Numbered from the stretch's first letter, positions 1 through 14,593 are shown. The stretch: DNA of 64,000 nucleotides from Felis catus (GCF_018350175.1 NC_058368.1:87050001-87114000); one strand, 5' to 3'. The notes: a model not told the origin generated them from the sequence alone. Made by a program: numbers and translations.

Positions 1-1145
1 TGTGAGACAGGAAACCATCAAAACCCTAGAGGAGAAAGCAGGAAAAGACCTCTCTGACCTCAGCCGTAGCAATCTCTTACTCTACACATCCCCAAAGGCA
101 AGGGAATTAAAAGCAAAAATTAACTACTGGGACCTTATGAATATAAAAACCTTCTGCACAGTAAAGGAAACAATCAACAAAACTAAAAGGCAACCAATGG
201 AATGGGAAAAGATATTTGCAAATGACATATTGGACCAAGTATCCAAAATCTATAAAGAGCTCACCAAACTCCACACCTGAAAAACAAATAACCCAGTGAA
301 GAAATGAGCAGAAAACATGAATAGACACTTCTCTAAAGCAGTCATCCGGATGGCCAACAGGCACATGAAAAGATGCTCGTCGCTCCTTATCAGGGAAATA
401 CAAATCAAAACCACACTCAGATATCACCTCACGCCAGTCAGAGTGGCCAAAATGAACAAATCAGGAGACGATAGATGCTGGAGAGGATGTGGAGAAACGG
501 GAACCCTCTTGCACTGTTGGTGGGAATGCAAACTGGTGCAGCCACTCTGGAAAACAGTGTGGAAGTTCCTCAGAAAATTAAAAATAGACCTACCCTATGA
601 CCCAGCAATAGCACTGCTAGGAATTTATCCAAGGGATACAGGAGTGCTGATGCATAGGGGCACTTGTACCCCAATGTTTATAGCAGCACTCTCAACAATA
701 GCCAAATTATGAAAGAGCCTAAATGTCCATCAACTGATGAATGGATAAAGAAATTGTGGTTTATATACACAATGGAGTACTACATGGCAATTAGAAATAA
801 TGAAATATGGCCCTTTGTAGCAACGTGGATGGAACTGGAGAGTGTGATGCTAAGTGAAATAAGCCATACAGAGAAAAACAGATACTATATGTTTTCACTC
901 TTATGTGGATCCAGAGAAACTTAACAAAAACCCATGGGGGAGGGGAAGGAGAAAAAAAAAAGAGGTTAGAGTGGGAGAGAGCCAAAGCATAAGAGACTCT
1001 TAAAAACAGAACAAACTCACGGTTGATGGGGGTGGGAGGGAGGGGTGGGTGGGTGATGGGTATTGAGGAGGGCATCTTTTGGGATGAGCACTGGGTGTTG
1101 TATGGAAACCAATTTGACAATAAATTTCATATATCGAAAAAAAAA
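1..1145 (+). mobile_element. Young felid LINE-1 (L1_Fc-like), 3' end of ORF2 + 3'UTR + A-tail; runs off window start
   Basis: ORF2 C-terminal motifs ([43 protein letters not shown]) broken by stops/frameshifts; G-rich 3'UTR; AATAAA near 1119 then A-run. Confidence 0.95.
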
Positions 1146-2660
1146 TTTGTATGGACACAGAAAAGACCCTGAGTGGCCAAGAAATCTTGAAAAAGAAAAC
1201 CAAAGCAGGAGGCATCACAATACCAGACTACAAGGTATACTACAAAGCTGTATTCATCAAGACAATATGGTACAGTACAAGTAGAGACACTCATATCAAT
1301 GGAACAGAATAGAGAACTCAGAAATGGACCCATAAACGTATGGCCAACTAATTTTTGACAAAGCTGGAAAGAATATCCAATGGAATAAAGACAGGTTCTT
1401 CAGCAAGTTGTGCTGGGAAAACTGGACAGTGACATGAAGAAGAAGGAACCTGAACCACTTTCCTACACCATACACAAAAATGAACTCAAAATGAATGAAA
1501 GACCTCAATGTAAGACAGGAAGCCATCAAAATGCTTGAGGAGAAAGCAGGCAAAAACCTCTTGCATCTTGCCCGCAACAGCTTCTTAACATGTCTCTGTA
1601 GGCAAGGGAAACAAAAGCAAAAATGAACTACCGGGACATCAAAATAAAAAGCTTCTGCACAGTGAAGGAAACAATCAGCAAAGCTAAAAGGCAACCGACA
1701 GAATGCGAGAAGATATTTGCCAATGACATATCAGATAAAGGGTTAGTATCCAAAATCTGTAAAGAACTTCTCAAACACAACACCCATAAAACAAATAATC
1801 CAATGAAGAAACGGGCAAAAGACATGAATAGACACTTCTCCAAAGAAGACATCCAGATGGCCAACCGACACATGAAAAAATGCTCCACATCACTCATCAT
1901 CAGGGAAATACAAATCAAAACCACAATGAGATACCACCTTACACCTGTCAGAATGGCTAACATTAACAACTCAGGCAACAACAGATGTTGGCGAGGATGC
2001 GGAGAAAGAGGATCTCTTTTGCATTGATGGTGAGAATGCAAGCTGGTGCAGCCACTCTGAGAAAACAGTATGGAGGTTTCTCAAAAAACTAAAAATAGAA
2101 CTACCCTACGACCCAGCAATTGCACTACTAGGCATTTATCCACGGGATACAGGTGTGCTGCTTTGAAGGGACACATGCATACCCACGTTTATAGCAGCTC
2201 TAGCAACAATAGCCAAAGTATGGGAAGAGCCCAAATGCCTCTCGATGGATGAATGGATAAAGAAAACCTGGTATATATATCCAATGGAGAATTACTTGGC
2301 AATCGGTAAGAATGAAATCTTGTCATTTGCAACCACATGGATGGAACTGGAGGGTATTATGCTAAGCGAAATTAGTCAGAGAAAGACAAAAATCATATGA
2401 CTTCACTCATATGAGGACTTTAAGAGACAAAGCAGATGAACATAAAGGAAGGGAAACAAAAATAATATAAAACAGGGAGGGGGACAAAACAGAAAAGACT
2501 CATAAATATGGAGAACAAACTCATAAATATGGAGGGATTGTGGGATGGGCTAAATGGGTAACTGGCACTAAGGAATCTACTCCTGAAATCATTGTTTCAC
2601 TATATGCTAACTAATTTGGATGTAAATTTAAAAAAAATTTAAAAAAACACACAAAAAAAG
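1146..2660 (+). mobile_element. Older carnivore LINE-1, distal ORF2 + 3'UTR; host of the preceding L1
   Basis: ORF2 resumes at tttgtatgg...aaaagaccc directly after the A-tail; ORF 1623-2027 has [20 protein letters not shown]; different 3'UTR; A-rich tail 2628-2660. Confidence 0.9.
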
Positions 2661-3235
2661 AATTGAAATTAGAATCTCAAAGAAATATCTTTATTTTGGT
2701 ATTCATTGCAGCATTATTTACAATAGCCATCTATGGATAAATGGAGAAGATGTTGTTTATTACTCATCCTTAATTGATGGAATATCATTTGATATTAATG
2801 CAATGATATTCAGCCTTCAAAAATAAATAAATTCTGTAATGCACAACAATACAGATGGACCTGGAGAGCATTATGCTAAGTGAAATAAGCCAGACATAAA
2901 AGGACAAATACTCCTCTTACATGAAGAATGTAAAATAGTCAAACTTACAGAAACACAAATAAACTAGTGGTAGCCAGGGGATGGGAGGAGAGGAAACATG
3001 CAGTTGTTCAATGGTTATAAGCTTACAGCCATACAAGAAGAATAAATTCTAGAAAATTACATGCCAACATATCACATGAATTTAACAATATTGTATTACG
3101 TACTTTGTTATGAGAGTTATGTACCTTGATTGTGGTAATGGTTCATGAATATATCCAGACTCTGAACCACTAAATGAATTGTATAGATTAAATATGTGCA
3201 GATTTTTGTGTATCAGTTACACCTCAATAAAACTA
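2661..3235 (+). mobile_element. Ancient L1M (L1MA/MB-type) 3' end
   Basis: Degenerate ttcattgcagcattatttacaatagcc, gcattatgctaagtgaaataagccag and terminal acctcaataaa. Confidence 0.75.
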
Positions 3236-3246
3236 ACTGTGGGGAG

Positions 3247-3468
3247 GGGCGCCTGGGTGGCTCAGTCGGTTGAGCGTCCTACTTCGGCTCAGGTCATGAT
3301 CTCACAGCCTGTGAGTTGGAGCCCCGCATCAGGCTCTGTGCAGACAGCTCTGAGCCTGCAGCCTGTTTCAGATTCTGTGCCTCCCTCTCTCTGCCCCAAT
3401 CCACTTGCATTCTGTCTCTGTCTCTCTCCAAAATAAATAAACGTCAAAAAAATTAAATAAAATAAAAA
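3247..3468 (+). mobile_element. Can-SINE (SINEC_Fc family)
   Basis: GGGGCGCCTGGGTGGCTCAGTCGG head, (CT)n, A-rich tail; degenerate TSD taactgtggg/taagtgtggg. Confidence 0.95.
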
Positions 3469-4181
3469 CGTAAGTGTGGGAAGTAAGCAACAATTATTTG
3501 CTGTAGGAAATTAGAACATCATTTCCATGCAACCAAATTTGTCCCTTTATATTAATGTCTTTCTAGTTACAGACAAAGGCAAAACATAGTTAATTTCAAT
3601 AGGAGATTTAAAAAAACAGTTTTTTTTAAATTTTTCAAAAGGGAATAAAACCATTTTTCATCATCCAAAAATAGTGGAACTTAGTTGTAAGTTTATATCT
3701 CCAAATATATGACACATATGATCCTCACTGCAATTTTTTTAAAAAATGGCATTACTTTAAAAATCAACTCCTGAGAGCTTGTGTGACCCAAAGGCACATA
3801 TGTTTAGTAAGCAATACTGAAATATATTTCTTGTTCCAGTTAATTCTATATGCTATCTTTCTTCTTCCTTCTCTCAGTGTTTATTTGCTTTTTAATTTTT
3901 TTTTTTGCCTGCTCTTTCATTTCAGAGACCAAGGATCCTCCAGGCTCCAAAATCAAATTTTCAGGAAGTGAAAAGCTATCCATACGATTTTAAGTTTATT
4001 TTTTTCCTGGAATCACGTGTATTTTAGTCATCAGCTCAAAATGTGAATGCAATGTGGTTTCTGTTTTGAAAACAAGTAATTAAAGGAATGTTTTATTTCC
4101 AGTTATGGCATTGTATCTAATTTATAAAATAATACTACTTAGCAAACTAGTAATTATGACTTCATCATAGAAAGGTCACTC

Positions 4182-4385
4182 GGGGGCACCTGGGTGGCTC
4201 AGTCACATGAGTGTCTGAGTCTCGGTTTCAGCTCAGGTCATGATCCTAGGGATCAATTCCCACATTGGGCTCTACACTGAGTATGGATCCTGCTTGAGAT
4301 TCTCTCTCTCTGTCTCACTCTGTCTCTCTCTTTCCTTCTGCCGCTCTCTCCCACTTGGACTCTCCATCTCTCAAAAAGAAAAAAG
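4182..4385 (+). mobile_element. Can-SINE, older subfamily
   Basis: ggggcacctgggtggctcag head, CT-rich body, A tail. Confidence 0.9.
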
Positions 4386-4912
4386 TTCATTCCTTCCTTT
4401 ATACCACAGCTGCCAAAGAAACATCTCTCAGTAACATTGTACTTTAATACTACACACTCCAAAACTTTTGCTCTTAATTATATGGGAAACTTGCTGGTGG
4501 ATTAATTGTTTGGCACTTTACTAGGTAGTATACAACATCTTTTCTATTCGTTCACTTGACTAAGTTGTACATGTGTCTGTTCACAACAGCTTGTGAGATT
4601 CATGAGGCCAAGATTCATATATAATATCATTTTGTATCACCCAGTCCTTGGAGTGTTCAGCACAAATTAGCCTCTCAAAAATTATTCAGCAATTCACCCA
4701 AATTATATTCAACATTTTATTCCTATTTCATTTTCCTTAAGGAAACTAACACATCTCTAGTCAACTAGTTAACTAACACATATCTAGTCAATTAGTAAAT
4801 ATTAGATATCATTACCAAATGAATGAATGAGCAGGGCTTACCAATCTTCCTCCAAATTGGAGCTGCCTCAAACACATGCTACTCTTCCATCTATTTAAAC
4901 ATTGCTGTATTA

Positions 4913-5222
4913 GAATGGCCAAAATTAACAACACAGAAAACAACAGATGTTGGCAAGGATGCTGAAAGGGGACCCTTTTACGCTGTTGGTGGGAATGCAA
5001 ACTGGTGCAGCCACTCTGGAAAAGAGTATGGAGATTGCTCAAAAAGAATAGAACTATCCTATGACCTACCAATTGCACTACTAGGTATTTACCCAAAGAA
5101 TACAAAAATACTAATTTGAAGGGATATATCCACCCCTATGTTTATAGCAGCACAATCAACAATAGCCAAATTATGGAAAGACCCAAATTTCCATTGACTC
5201 ATGAATGGGTAAAGAAGATATG

Positions 5223-5267
<45 letters not shown>

Positions 5268-5860
5268 TATGCATATGTATATATATGTACATATACATAT
5301 ACATGTACATATACATATATATACACCATATCTTCTTTACATATGTACATGTATATATATATACATATATATATATACATATATGTATATACACACCATA
5401 TATGATATATATATAATGGAGTAATACTCAACCAATAAAAAGAATGAAATATTGCCATTTTCAATGACAAAGATGGAGCTAGGGAGTATTATGCTAAGTT
5501 AAATAAGTCAGTTAGTGAAAGATACCATCTGATTTCACTCATGTGTGGAATTTAAGAAACAAAACAGATGAACATAAGAGGGGAGGAAAAGAGAGAGGCA
5601 AACTATAAAAGAGACTTTTTACTATAAAGAACAAATTGAGGGTTAGTGGAGGGAAGTTGGATGGGGGATGGGCTAAATGGGTGATGAGTATTAAAGAGAG
5701 TACTTGTGATGAGCACTGGATGTTGTATGTAAGTGATGAATCACTAAATTCTACTCCTGAAACTAACATTACACTATATGTTAACTAACTGAAATTTAAA
5801 TTAAAACTTAAAATAAGAATAGAATAGAATAGAATAGAATAGAATAGAATAGAACAGAAT
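4913..5860 (+). mobile_element. 5'-truncated carnivore LINE-1 3' end
   Basis: ORF2 end/3'UTR; TSD aaacattgctgtatta (4897-4912) / agacatggctgtatta (5861-5876). Confidence 0.92.
5222..5415. repeat. Compound (TA)n/(CA)n microsatellite inside L1
   Basis: Direct reading. Confidence 0.95.
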
Positions 5861-5862
5861 AG
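5816..5862. repeat. (AGAAT)n microsatellite derived from L1 tail
   Basis: About 9 units between the L1 A-tail and the TSD. Confidence 0.95.
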
Positions 5863-6581
5863 ACATGGCTGTATTAAAAGCACAAATTTGATAGATGTAC
5901 TTGTAATATAAGTAGGAGTCTGGCCACACACAGTCCTCTTGGTTTTGATGAACTCCACCTCAATCTTGTAAGGACAAAATGGAAACATCCTGCAGTATCC
6001 TCATTATTTTGTCTTTTTGTTTCATTCTTTCCCAGTAGGAAGTTTCATATATTTTATATAACAGACATAAAGAAAATATGTCTATTACAAAAGCTATCTT
6101 TTCAAATTCTATCTTTTTTTCTAAAGCATTTCTAAAATGCTATCTTTTCAAATTCATTTTTTCCTGAATAAATATTATGCAGAATTAACTACTTTCAGTT
6201 CTTTTTTTTTTTGTCACTTCAGGTCAGTGCCCTGAAAAATGTCCCCAGCCCCTTCACTGGTGAGTCCTCAAATCTTCACCTTCTAATATGCACAGTGAAC
6301 AATTATTACTTCAGTTCACCTTCCCTTTCATTCTGAACTTTTACCAATTTCACTGTAAACATCTACAAATGGACTCACAGAGAACAGGAGCAGTGTCCAT
6401 TCACCTTCCAAAGTGCATTGCAAGTTTCACAGAAGTTAACTAATTCCACTTATAGATAACACTGACCTTGGACCCTTTTAATCATAGCAATTTTTCTGAA
6501 CAAGTTAAGTATGCTCATTACTCATTAAGAACATCATACATTACTAAGCATTGAAAGTTTTTAATTTCTACAAAAACATTG

Positions 6582-6804
6582 TTTTAATTTCTTTTTGAGA
6601 GAGAGAGAGAGAGAGAGAGAGACAGCATAAGTGAAGAAGGGGGAGAGGGAGAGTGAAGGGGAGAGGGAGAGTGAAGGAGAGAATATTAAGCTCCATGTGC
6701 AGCACAGAGCTCAATGGGGGGCTGGATCTCATTATTGTAAAATCATGACCTGAAAAGAAATCAAGAGTCAGGAGCTTAAACCAACTGAGCCACCCAGGCA
6801 CGCC
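6582..6804 (-). mobile_element. Can-SINE
   Basis: Reverse head ctgagccacccaggcacgcc, (GA)n; degenerate TSD tcta(c/t)aaaa(a)catt. Confidence 0.92.
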
Positions 6805-6829
6805 TCTATAAAACATTATTAAGATGGAT

Positions 6830-8950
6830 ATATTGACAGTGAATGCAGTATTTCCACAACTTCTCTCTTAAAATCTAATAGTGTCAACACATCGAACAGG
6901 GAGTAGAGTAAGGATATTCTAAATAGGAATAGTTCCACAACTATGGAATATGTATAAACCTGTATCACACATTCCACATATATGTGCCTGATATGTTGAA
7001 ACTTAACAAAATCACATGAACAGAAAGAGTGAAACACTCTTCTCTAAGTGCCATCCTATATATTACCCATTTAGAGAAACAAGGTATAAAATGTAGTAGA
7101 CCATGGAAAATAAAATATGCCACTGAAGATGTGCTCCCATATGGAAGATGGCTCCACGGCTGGTAAGAATAACTAGATTTATACATGAGTAACAGGCTGA
7201 ATGCCAAGTTGCACAAGACATGGTTTTGGAGCTGAGATGTCTTTTATTAGGAGGATAAGTGACATAAAATACTATATCTGAGTGAATTTTCCAGCTATCT
7301 ACTGAACTTGCCCACTAAGTGACTGAAGGATTGAACACAAATTTTAAATGACCAAAAGTTACTCCTCCAGCTCATGTTCTAAAAGTTCAATTAAAATAGC
7401 ACTGAGGAGGAAAAAAGAACAAAAGGAAAAGACAAACAGTTCCTAGTACATTTGGGAAAAAACAAACATCAATCACTATGTACATCCAAAGATAATAAGT
7501 ATTTAAGAAATATAAAACATGGACTTAGGTTTTGCACATCTCAAAAAGTCTATAATACAAAATCAAGACCAAAGACAAAGACGAAACAGAAAAGGTGAAG
7601 TCTCCAAGAAACAAAATTTAGGTGAAGAGCATACACTTGAAGCATTTATCCAAGAAGCAGAATAAATATTTGGGAAAGGAACAGTAGTTTTTCACACTCA
7701 AGAAATTTAAGAAAACCAGGAGTTGTTCAAACAAATGATTCAAAACAATAGATTTTAAAGGTAAACTGGCTGCAGAAAACAATTAAAGACATATATAGTG
7801 GTTATATCCTAATTAGTATTTAAGAGGGGAAGAAAGAGCTGAATAAAAAAGATATGCCTGAGTAACTTGCACAGGCATATTACAATGGAAAGGAGAAATA
7901 AGGTGTTAGTATGAAAGATGACATATCAGTGTCAAAAAGATCATATATCTTAAAATTTTCAAAGTTAGTAAATTTTGACATGAAACACTCATGGTTTTAG
8001 CACTATGAAAACTAATATCCAAGCTAAAGTAATAATATAATAAAAAAAGTAACATGTAATCATATGTTAATCCACCATGAAGATATGTCACTATTAAATT
8101 CTCAGGCACCAAGTAACATAAAATAAGCACATAAAAAAAAAACAGTATACCGGTCATATAATAAAGTTTATGTAATTGACCAATTATTAAGCTTTAAAAA
8201 AATTAATGTTTATTTATTTTTGAGGGAGAAAAGGGCAGAGTGTGAGCAGGGGAGGGGCAGAGATAGAGGGAGACACAGAATCCAAAGCAGGTTCCAGGCT
8301 CTGAGCTGTTAGCCCAGAGCCCAACGCGGGGCTCAAACTCATGGACTGCGAGATCATGACCTGAGCTAAAGTCAGACACTTAACCTACTGAGCCACCCAG
8401 GCACCCCTAGCTTTAATAAAAAAAAACTAAATTATGTATAGAATATAAATTTTTGTTGTTATATTCTCTCGCTGTTATAAAACTTAAATAAACAATAGAA
8501 ATTTAGGTGGAAAATTATGCCAAAATTTCAATTGGGAATTATTAAATGAATTATTTAAAAAAATTGAATATTAAAATGTAAACATACTTTTTAGTGCACT
8601 TTTTGAACAAGGTAAATTGAGAAACAAATTAAAGTCAATAAGTTTTAAAAATGTTAAAAAATAAAACAGTAGAAACAAAAATAATAATTTTACATAACAT
8701 AATAAAACTAATCACAGATATTAATAAAACAGCCCCTAAAAAGTATTTAAAAACTATCATATTAAAGATAACAGAACAAAGTTAACCAATAAGATAATTT
8801 TAATAACTATTTTAGTAACAGCTTAATAATTTAATAATTTCATATAAAACAGCAAATTAAGAGGCTATATTGTAAACAATTTGTATTTTTATTATAAAAC
8901 TGTAAAATATCTGCATTAAAAAATACTATCATTATTTTCTTTATTAAAGC
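6830..8950 (+). mobile_element. Highly decayed ancient L1 (ORF1/ORF2-like A-rich remnants)
   Basis: Strong A-bias and faint ORF2-endonuclease-like words; no ORF. Confidence 0.4.
8196..8408 (-). mobile_element. Can-SINE (SINEC_Fc)
   Basis: Reverse head ctgagccacccaggcacccc. Confidence 0.95.
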
Positions 8951-9713
8951 AGAAAATATCTGTAAACAAAGACCCATTTCCTTAAATATACAGTGATACG
9001 ATGGAAACAATAAGGTCGTCTAATTGGAACTGAATAAATCATCCTAATAGTTGCTCCTTTCACCAATATCTAAGGAGTGTCTTTCAAAGTCCAACCAAAC
9101 ATCGCTTCCAGTGCTCCCAGGTTCTGACCATGCCCCCTTGCACTTCTGCTTCTTCTTTCTGTACACACTAGTCTTCCTGGCCACTCAACACACACTATAG
9201 CTTGGGCTCTAAACTACCACATGAAGCTGAATTTCAGATTTGGCCATTGATAAGACCTTCTAACATGAGCACTTTTGGTCTCTTTGTCCATAACCTACCT
9301 GTGGTGACATGGGGCATCCCATGGGATAGGGTTCACTATACCTTTGGAGATACTGCTTTCTGGTCACCCCTCACCCTTAAAGACCACTGATTTTTTGTGC
9401 CACCTTCAGAAAATGAAATTATTCTAATCAATATTATTTTGGGTATACCTCAGGCCTATCTACCTTAAAGTATAGTAAACTTCTGGATGTTTTCATATTG
9501 CATGGTGTCCAGCCAGATTAACACATAAGCACTGATTAAATCCCCTGCCCCTGCTTGTGCTAGACATTCCCACAGCTGCTCACACCCACTCCTTGAGCTC
9601 ATTCCTCCCTTGAGAACCTGTTCAGACCCTGCCTGTTCACCAGACTCCAGCTCTAGTCTCACTTTCCAAGTTTGTTATTCTTGATTGACCTTCTCATAAA
9701 TACTACATGGACA

Positions 9714-9948
9714 GGGGCAACTGGGTGGCTCAGTCGCTTAAGCATCCAATTCTTGAATTTGACTGAGGTCACGATCTCACAGTTCATGAGATTGAGCCCC
9801 AAGTGGGATTCTGCACTGACACAGTGGAGCCTACTTGGGATTCTCTCTCGTGCTCTCTCTCTCTCCCTCCCTCCCTCTCTCTTTCCTTCTGTCTACCCTT
9901 CCCCCACTTGTTCTCTCTCTCTCAAAATAAATAAATAAACTTAAAAAA
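9714..9948 (+). mobile_element. Can-SINE
   Basis: Head, (CT)n, tail; TSD aaatactacatg on both sides. Confidence 0.93.
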
Positions 9949-11427
9949 ATACTACATGTATCAACAAATCTTGTGAACTTCCATACCATGCCTCTTTCTC
10001 TATGGGAAATTATTTCCACTTTGAGAATAGTCTGGCATCCATTATTCCACTGTATGATTGTAGGGCATGAGTTGAAAGTGCTATCGTAGTGCAGAGCCCA
10101 TGTATTATTAATCTCCTATAAACACTTTCCAGTATACAAATGTTATGAGCCATTTAACCTGCTACTCTATTCGGGCAGACTCTTTTTTTCATTTCTAAGA
10201 TCCAACAACAAAACACAAAATAAAAGCTTATTTTTTAAATATAGTAATAACAACTTTCATCCAAATAATTCTAAGCCAAAGGACATAAATATTGTCAGCT
10301 GACTAGATGTGGCTTTTAATAACAAGAAAAAGTTCACTCAAAACTGATTTTTAAAATTGAATTCAAATTCTCTTTCACTGAGAAGATTATGACATGTGCC
10401 ATGAAAGGAGGAAGCATACGGATTTTCTATAGAATCAAACATAGGCCCAGAACAGGTCAGGACACTGAGGTCTCAATTAGATAAAGGAGCAAAGAGGGTG
10501 GTAAATGTGTCATATATTAATCTCCTCTTAGACCTCAATTTCTCTTAATTTATTTATAATCATAATTAAGATCAATTGGTGGAGCAAATAATGTATATCC
10601 TGACTTAATTCCCTTTTGATTCAATGAGATGTCTCTACTCTCTGCCAAGATGTTTCACAAGTGTGTATCACATGCAAAAATATGTGGGTGGGATATTTTT
10701 TTTTTCATTTTAAAGAATATAGAAAGCTCAGAAATGAAAAATTTAAACCCAGTCTTTGCTGCCTTTAAGCAGAGGGGATATTGGGCATCAAAAAGACAGA
10801 GAGAGACAGAGAGAGAGAGACAGAAACACAGACAGCGACAGAGACCAAGACAATTTTATGAGATGTTTTCGGCTTGGTTTTGAAGTAGTCAAAGACAACA
10901 TGAAAAGACTAGTCTGAAATCCATAGACTTCACAGTTCTGAGTTGCTTTAATTTCACAGTTTGCTCTACATGCAGTAAAACATACAACTTGCCTATGAAT
11001 GTAAATGTACCTACTTCAGGGCAAGAACATGCATTCTGGCCACAGGAGTTACTTTCTTGTCCACAGTATCTTCAGCTGCCTGTTTCTTTAAAGGAAATAA
11101 ATAGGTGTTCCCAGATTAAGGTCCCAGAGGCACAGGAGTTGTTCAAGAAAGGACAAGCTAGGAACCAAATGTGAGATTCTGAGAAAAGGAGGCATCCAAG
11201 TCGTTGTAGAGGCCACCCAAACCAGATGTGAGTATGCCCAAAAAGATGATGTCTAATCTCTCTCCTCTACCTAGAAAAGTATGTAATGATGTTGAAAACA
11301 CCTTTCAAAGTCTAGTGCACAGGTTAAGTTTGACCCTCAGTTACAATTAACTAGTATCACAATGACTAGAAAGATTTTCCTCTGGGGACTGAATCTCTCT
11401 GCAACAGCTCAAAAAATTGGTGCTCCT

Positions 11428-11650
11428 GGGGTGCCTGGGTGGCTTAGTCGGTTGAGCGTCCGACTTCAGCTCAGGTCATGATCTCACAGTTTGTGAGTTT
11501 GAGCCCCGCGTCGGGCTCTGTGCTGACAGCTCAGAGCCTGGAGCCTGCTTCGGATTCTGTTCTCCCTCTCTCTCTGTCCCTCCCCTGCTCATGCTCTGTC
11601 TCTCTCTGTCTCAAAAATAAATAAAAACATTGTTAAAAATTAAAAAAAAA
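11428..11650 (+). mobile_element. Can-SINE (SINEC_Fc)
   Basis: Near-consensus body; TSD aaaaa(t)tggtgctcct. Confidence 0.96.
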
Positions 11651-12952
11651 TGGTGCTCCTGGTCCATGCAGTACAACATAGAAATTCTCATTCCAAATAA
11701 GAGGAAAAAATGAAATGGTCTACACTAGGTGTTGGGGCATGCTTGGCAAAGTGTCAGGAGAAAGTGAGCTATCCTCAGTGACTACATTTCTAAGAAATAA
11801 CTTGGAAGTGAGAAACACCAATGACTTACCTTTGTGATGAGGAAATAGCTTAAGGTAGGAAAGAAAAATAAATGGCCCTGTTGATGTGGCCTAATCACAT
11901 CCCCAGAGGGTAAGAGAATTAGGATCTTCCCCCTATGGAAAATATGTAACCCATTAAAATGTCCATAACAGAGGATCCTGGGATATGGTCACGCACAAGT
12001 GCCCTGAGGTCATAACTTCCCCCATATCATTTAAGGGTTCACTAAGTAAGACATCAAGAGCTCACCTTGACACTTCCTAAAACATTTGCCAATTTAAATA
12101 TCCTGATTATCCCATTGTGACACAATACGTGACAGAGAAATAATATATTTCAGTAATTACAGAGAATTCAGAGAAACTATAGTAATTTAGAGAAATAACC
12201 TCAAAAGGAAATCCCTTGAGTAACTGGCTGACAATATCAATGTGGTTGTGGACTGAGTTCCAATGGGACACCAAATGCCAGGCATTATTGTGCTGTGCTA
12301 TTCTCACTATATAGTAAACTGCCCCTTTACATTTTTTAGCAGAAAAAATAAAATTTCCATTCTTATTTATCTTTTCTACTCTTATAATTGTCCTATAGAA
12401 GTAAAAATGAATGTTGCCTTATTGTTATTCAAAATAAGAGAGTCCTCATTTTTCCTTGGTTATCCAAGTCTCTGATCATGCTTATCAACAATTTCCAATT
12501 CTGCTTAAAAAATCTATTTTCATTTCCCATATATTTTTCTAGATAATTAAGCCCTGGTTTACTTGGAGTTCACAGATGTTTGTGCCTTCCTCAGCACAAA
12601 AGAGCACATTCTATTTACAACCATATCTTGCTACATTCTTCATATATTCTCTGACACTTCTAATAACTTTAAAGAAAATGTTCTCTCTGTCCTCTAAAAT
12701 GGATTGTAGCACCAGAAGACTATTTGGCTTCTGTTATAAGCTGTCAGCCACTTTAAAATTCACCCATGGATTCTTTCTTTTCTTAAACACATAATAACTT
12801 ATCTATAATTTAGCAATAACAATATAAATTATTTTCTCCTTATTCAAGTTTAGATACCACGGTTTAGATAACATTGCTTTGCAACCACATCAATTTAATA
12901 AAATTAAAAAAAAATAGCCATTAATCTTATGACTTGACTGAGATAGATTCAA

Positions 12953-13184
12953 TTTTTTTTTAAATTTTTTTTTCAACGTTTATTTATTTTTGGGACAGAG
13001 AGAGACAGAGCATGAACGGGCCAGGGGCAGAGAGAGAGGGAGACACAGAATCGGAAACAGGCTCCAGGCTCCAGGTTCTGAGCCATCAACCCAGAGCCCG
13101 ACGTGGGGGCTCGAACTCTCGGACCGCGAGATCGTGACCTGGCTGAAGTCGGACGCTTAACCGACTGCGCCACCCAGGTGCCCC
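12953..13184 (-). mobile_element. Young SINEC_Fc (GGTGGCGCAG / cagccaggtcacgatctcgcggtccg variant)
   Basis: CpGs retained; TSD gagatagat(t/c)caatttt. Confidence 0.96.
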
Positions 13185-13319
13185 AGAGATAGATCCAATT
13201 TTAAATCAACTTCCTGAAAGTGAGTTTTTTCCCCTACCATTGACTTATTTTGTTAGATAGTAGACACTATTACATACTGAAAATTTACCAATTAACTGAG
13301 TTGGACCATTAGCATATAA

Positions 13320-13900
13320 ACTCTAAAAAGGCCTGGGTACTGTGTCTTTCATATCTGTGCCCTCAATGCTCAATAATTGTTGAACAAATAAATGCATTTC
13401 TTAAAGGAGATAAGACAAACATAAGTTCAATGATGTGTTACAAACTGCATGTACCTAGTAATAAGATACAGGGTATAATGGAAGAGATCATCAATTAATT
13501 AAAAAAAAATCTCTCCATCTAGTAAGCAAGCCATATCAGCAGTGCATAGGTAGCAGAAAATTAATATGGAAAGAAGTGGGTAAACTATGCAGAATTGTGT
13601 ATAGTTTACATACGTAGGAAAAGAAACGACAGGAATTAAAATAATCCCTGTTCCATTTTGTGATATCGAAAAGAGCAAAAAAGAACCAAAAGCAGGGACC
13701 TTTTGATTTAGTTCTGATGTGTTCATTTTGAGGCTGTTTTAACACACCCAGGTGGAGAAGTAAAATACATAGCTGAACATGAGATGGGAATAGAAAATGT
13801 CTTTGTTGAAGTATAAATCTGGGGGCCACCTGTAAATATATTCTACTTTAAATTGTGATTAAGTCAAAACATAGTTGCCATTCTCAAAAACCTACTAAAG
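13320..13900. mobile_element. L2 relic fragments
   Basis: L2 3'-end-like atgctcaataattgttgaacaaataaatg and gtataaatctgggggccacc. Confidence 0.45.
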
Positions 13901-14593
13901 AGAGAAATACAAAAAATCAGAAACTTGTTAAACAGGAGGAAAAGTGCAGCAATAGAGATAAACTCGGTGTGTAATGGGACTCACACAGGAGACTTGACCA
14001 CAATAATCCATGGTCTATTGAAAAAGTAATGCCACTGAGGTTTAGAGTTTGCTATTTCTGTTTTGAGCAAATGGCCAAAATATTTCAATCTCTGCAAAAT
14101 AAAACTTATAATAATACCATATAGCAGATAATTATGCTTGTACATTGTAAATATGTTGTACATTCTGACATGCTTCATCATGTTCCTACCTTATTTACCC
14201 ATTCATATTTACCACATATCATCTGGGTAAGCAATGTGTTATGAGAATGCAGAGTAGGGGCAGGCATATAATTATGGCTATTAAATGCAATAAAATTTAT
14301 GAACCAACTTTATTAAAAGTCAAATGCCTAAGACAGTGATCTAATTTTAATTTGGGTTGCTCAATATTGTACATTTTGGTTTGTACATAGTGCAAAGGTT
14401 ATGCAAATTGTTCAGGTCACACAGCTATTATGTGATGAAATGAGCATTCAAACTCAAAAATTCAAATGCTATTGAATTTTTTCTACCAAAACCCACTATA
14501 GGTTTATGAACATAACCAAATAATTTATTGAGTCATCATCCATTAAATGAATCAGTCTTAATAACTGCCTCCTAAAAAAAAAATTCTTGATAA

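Noticed and set aside
3247..3320. tRNA-like A/B boxes in SINE heads as tRNA genes
   Set aside because: Each continues into the Can-SINE body, (CT)n and A tail.
5089..5470. Tyr/Ile/His-rich ORFs on both strands
   Set aside because: Translations of a TA/CA microsatellite.
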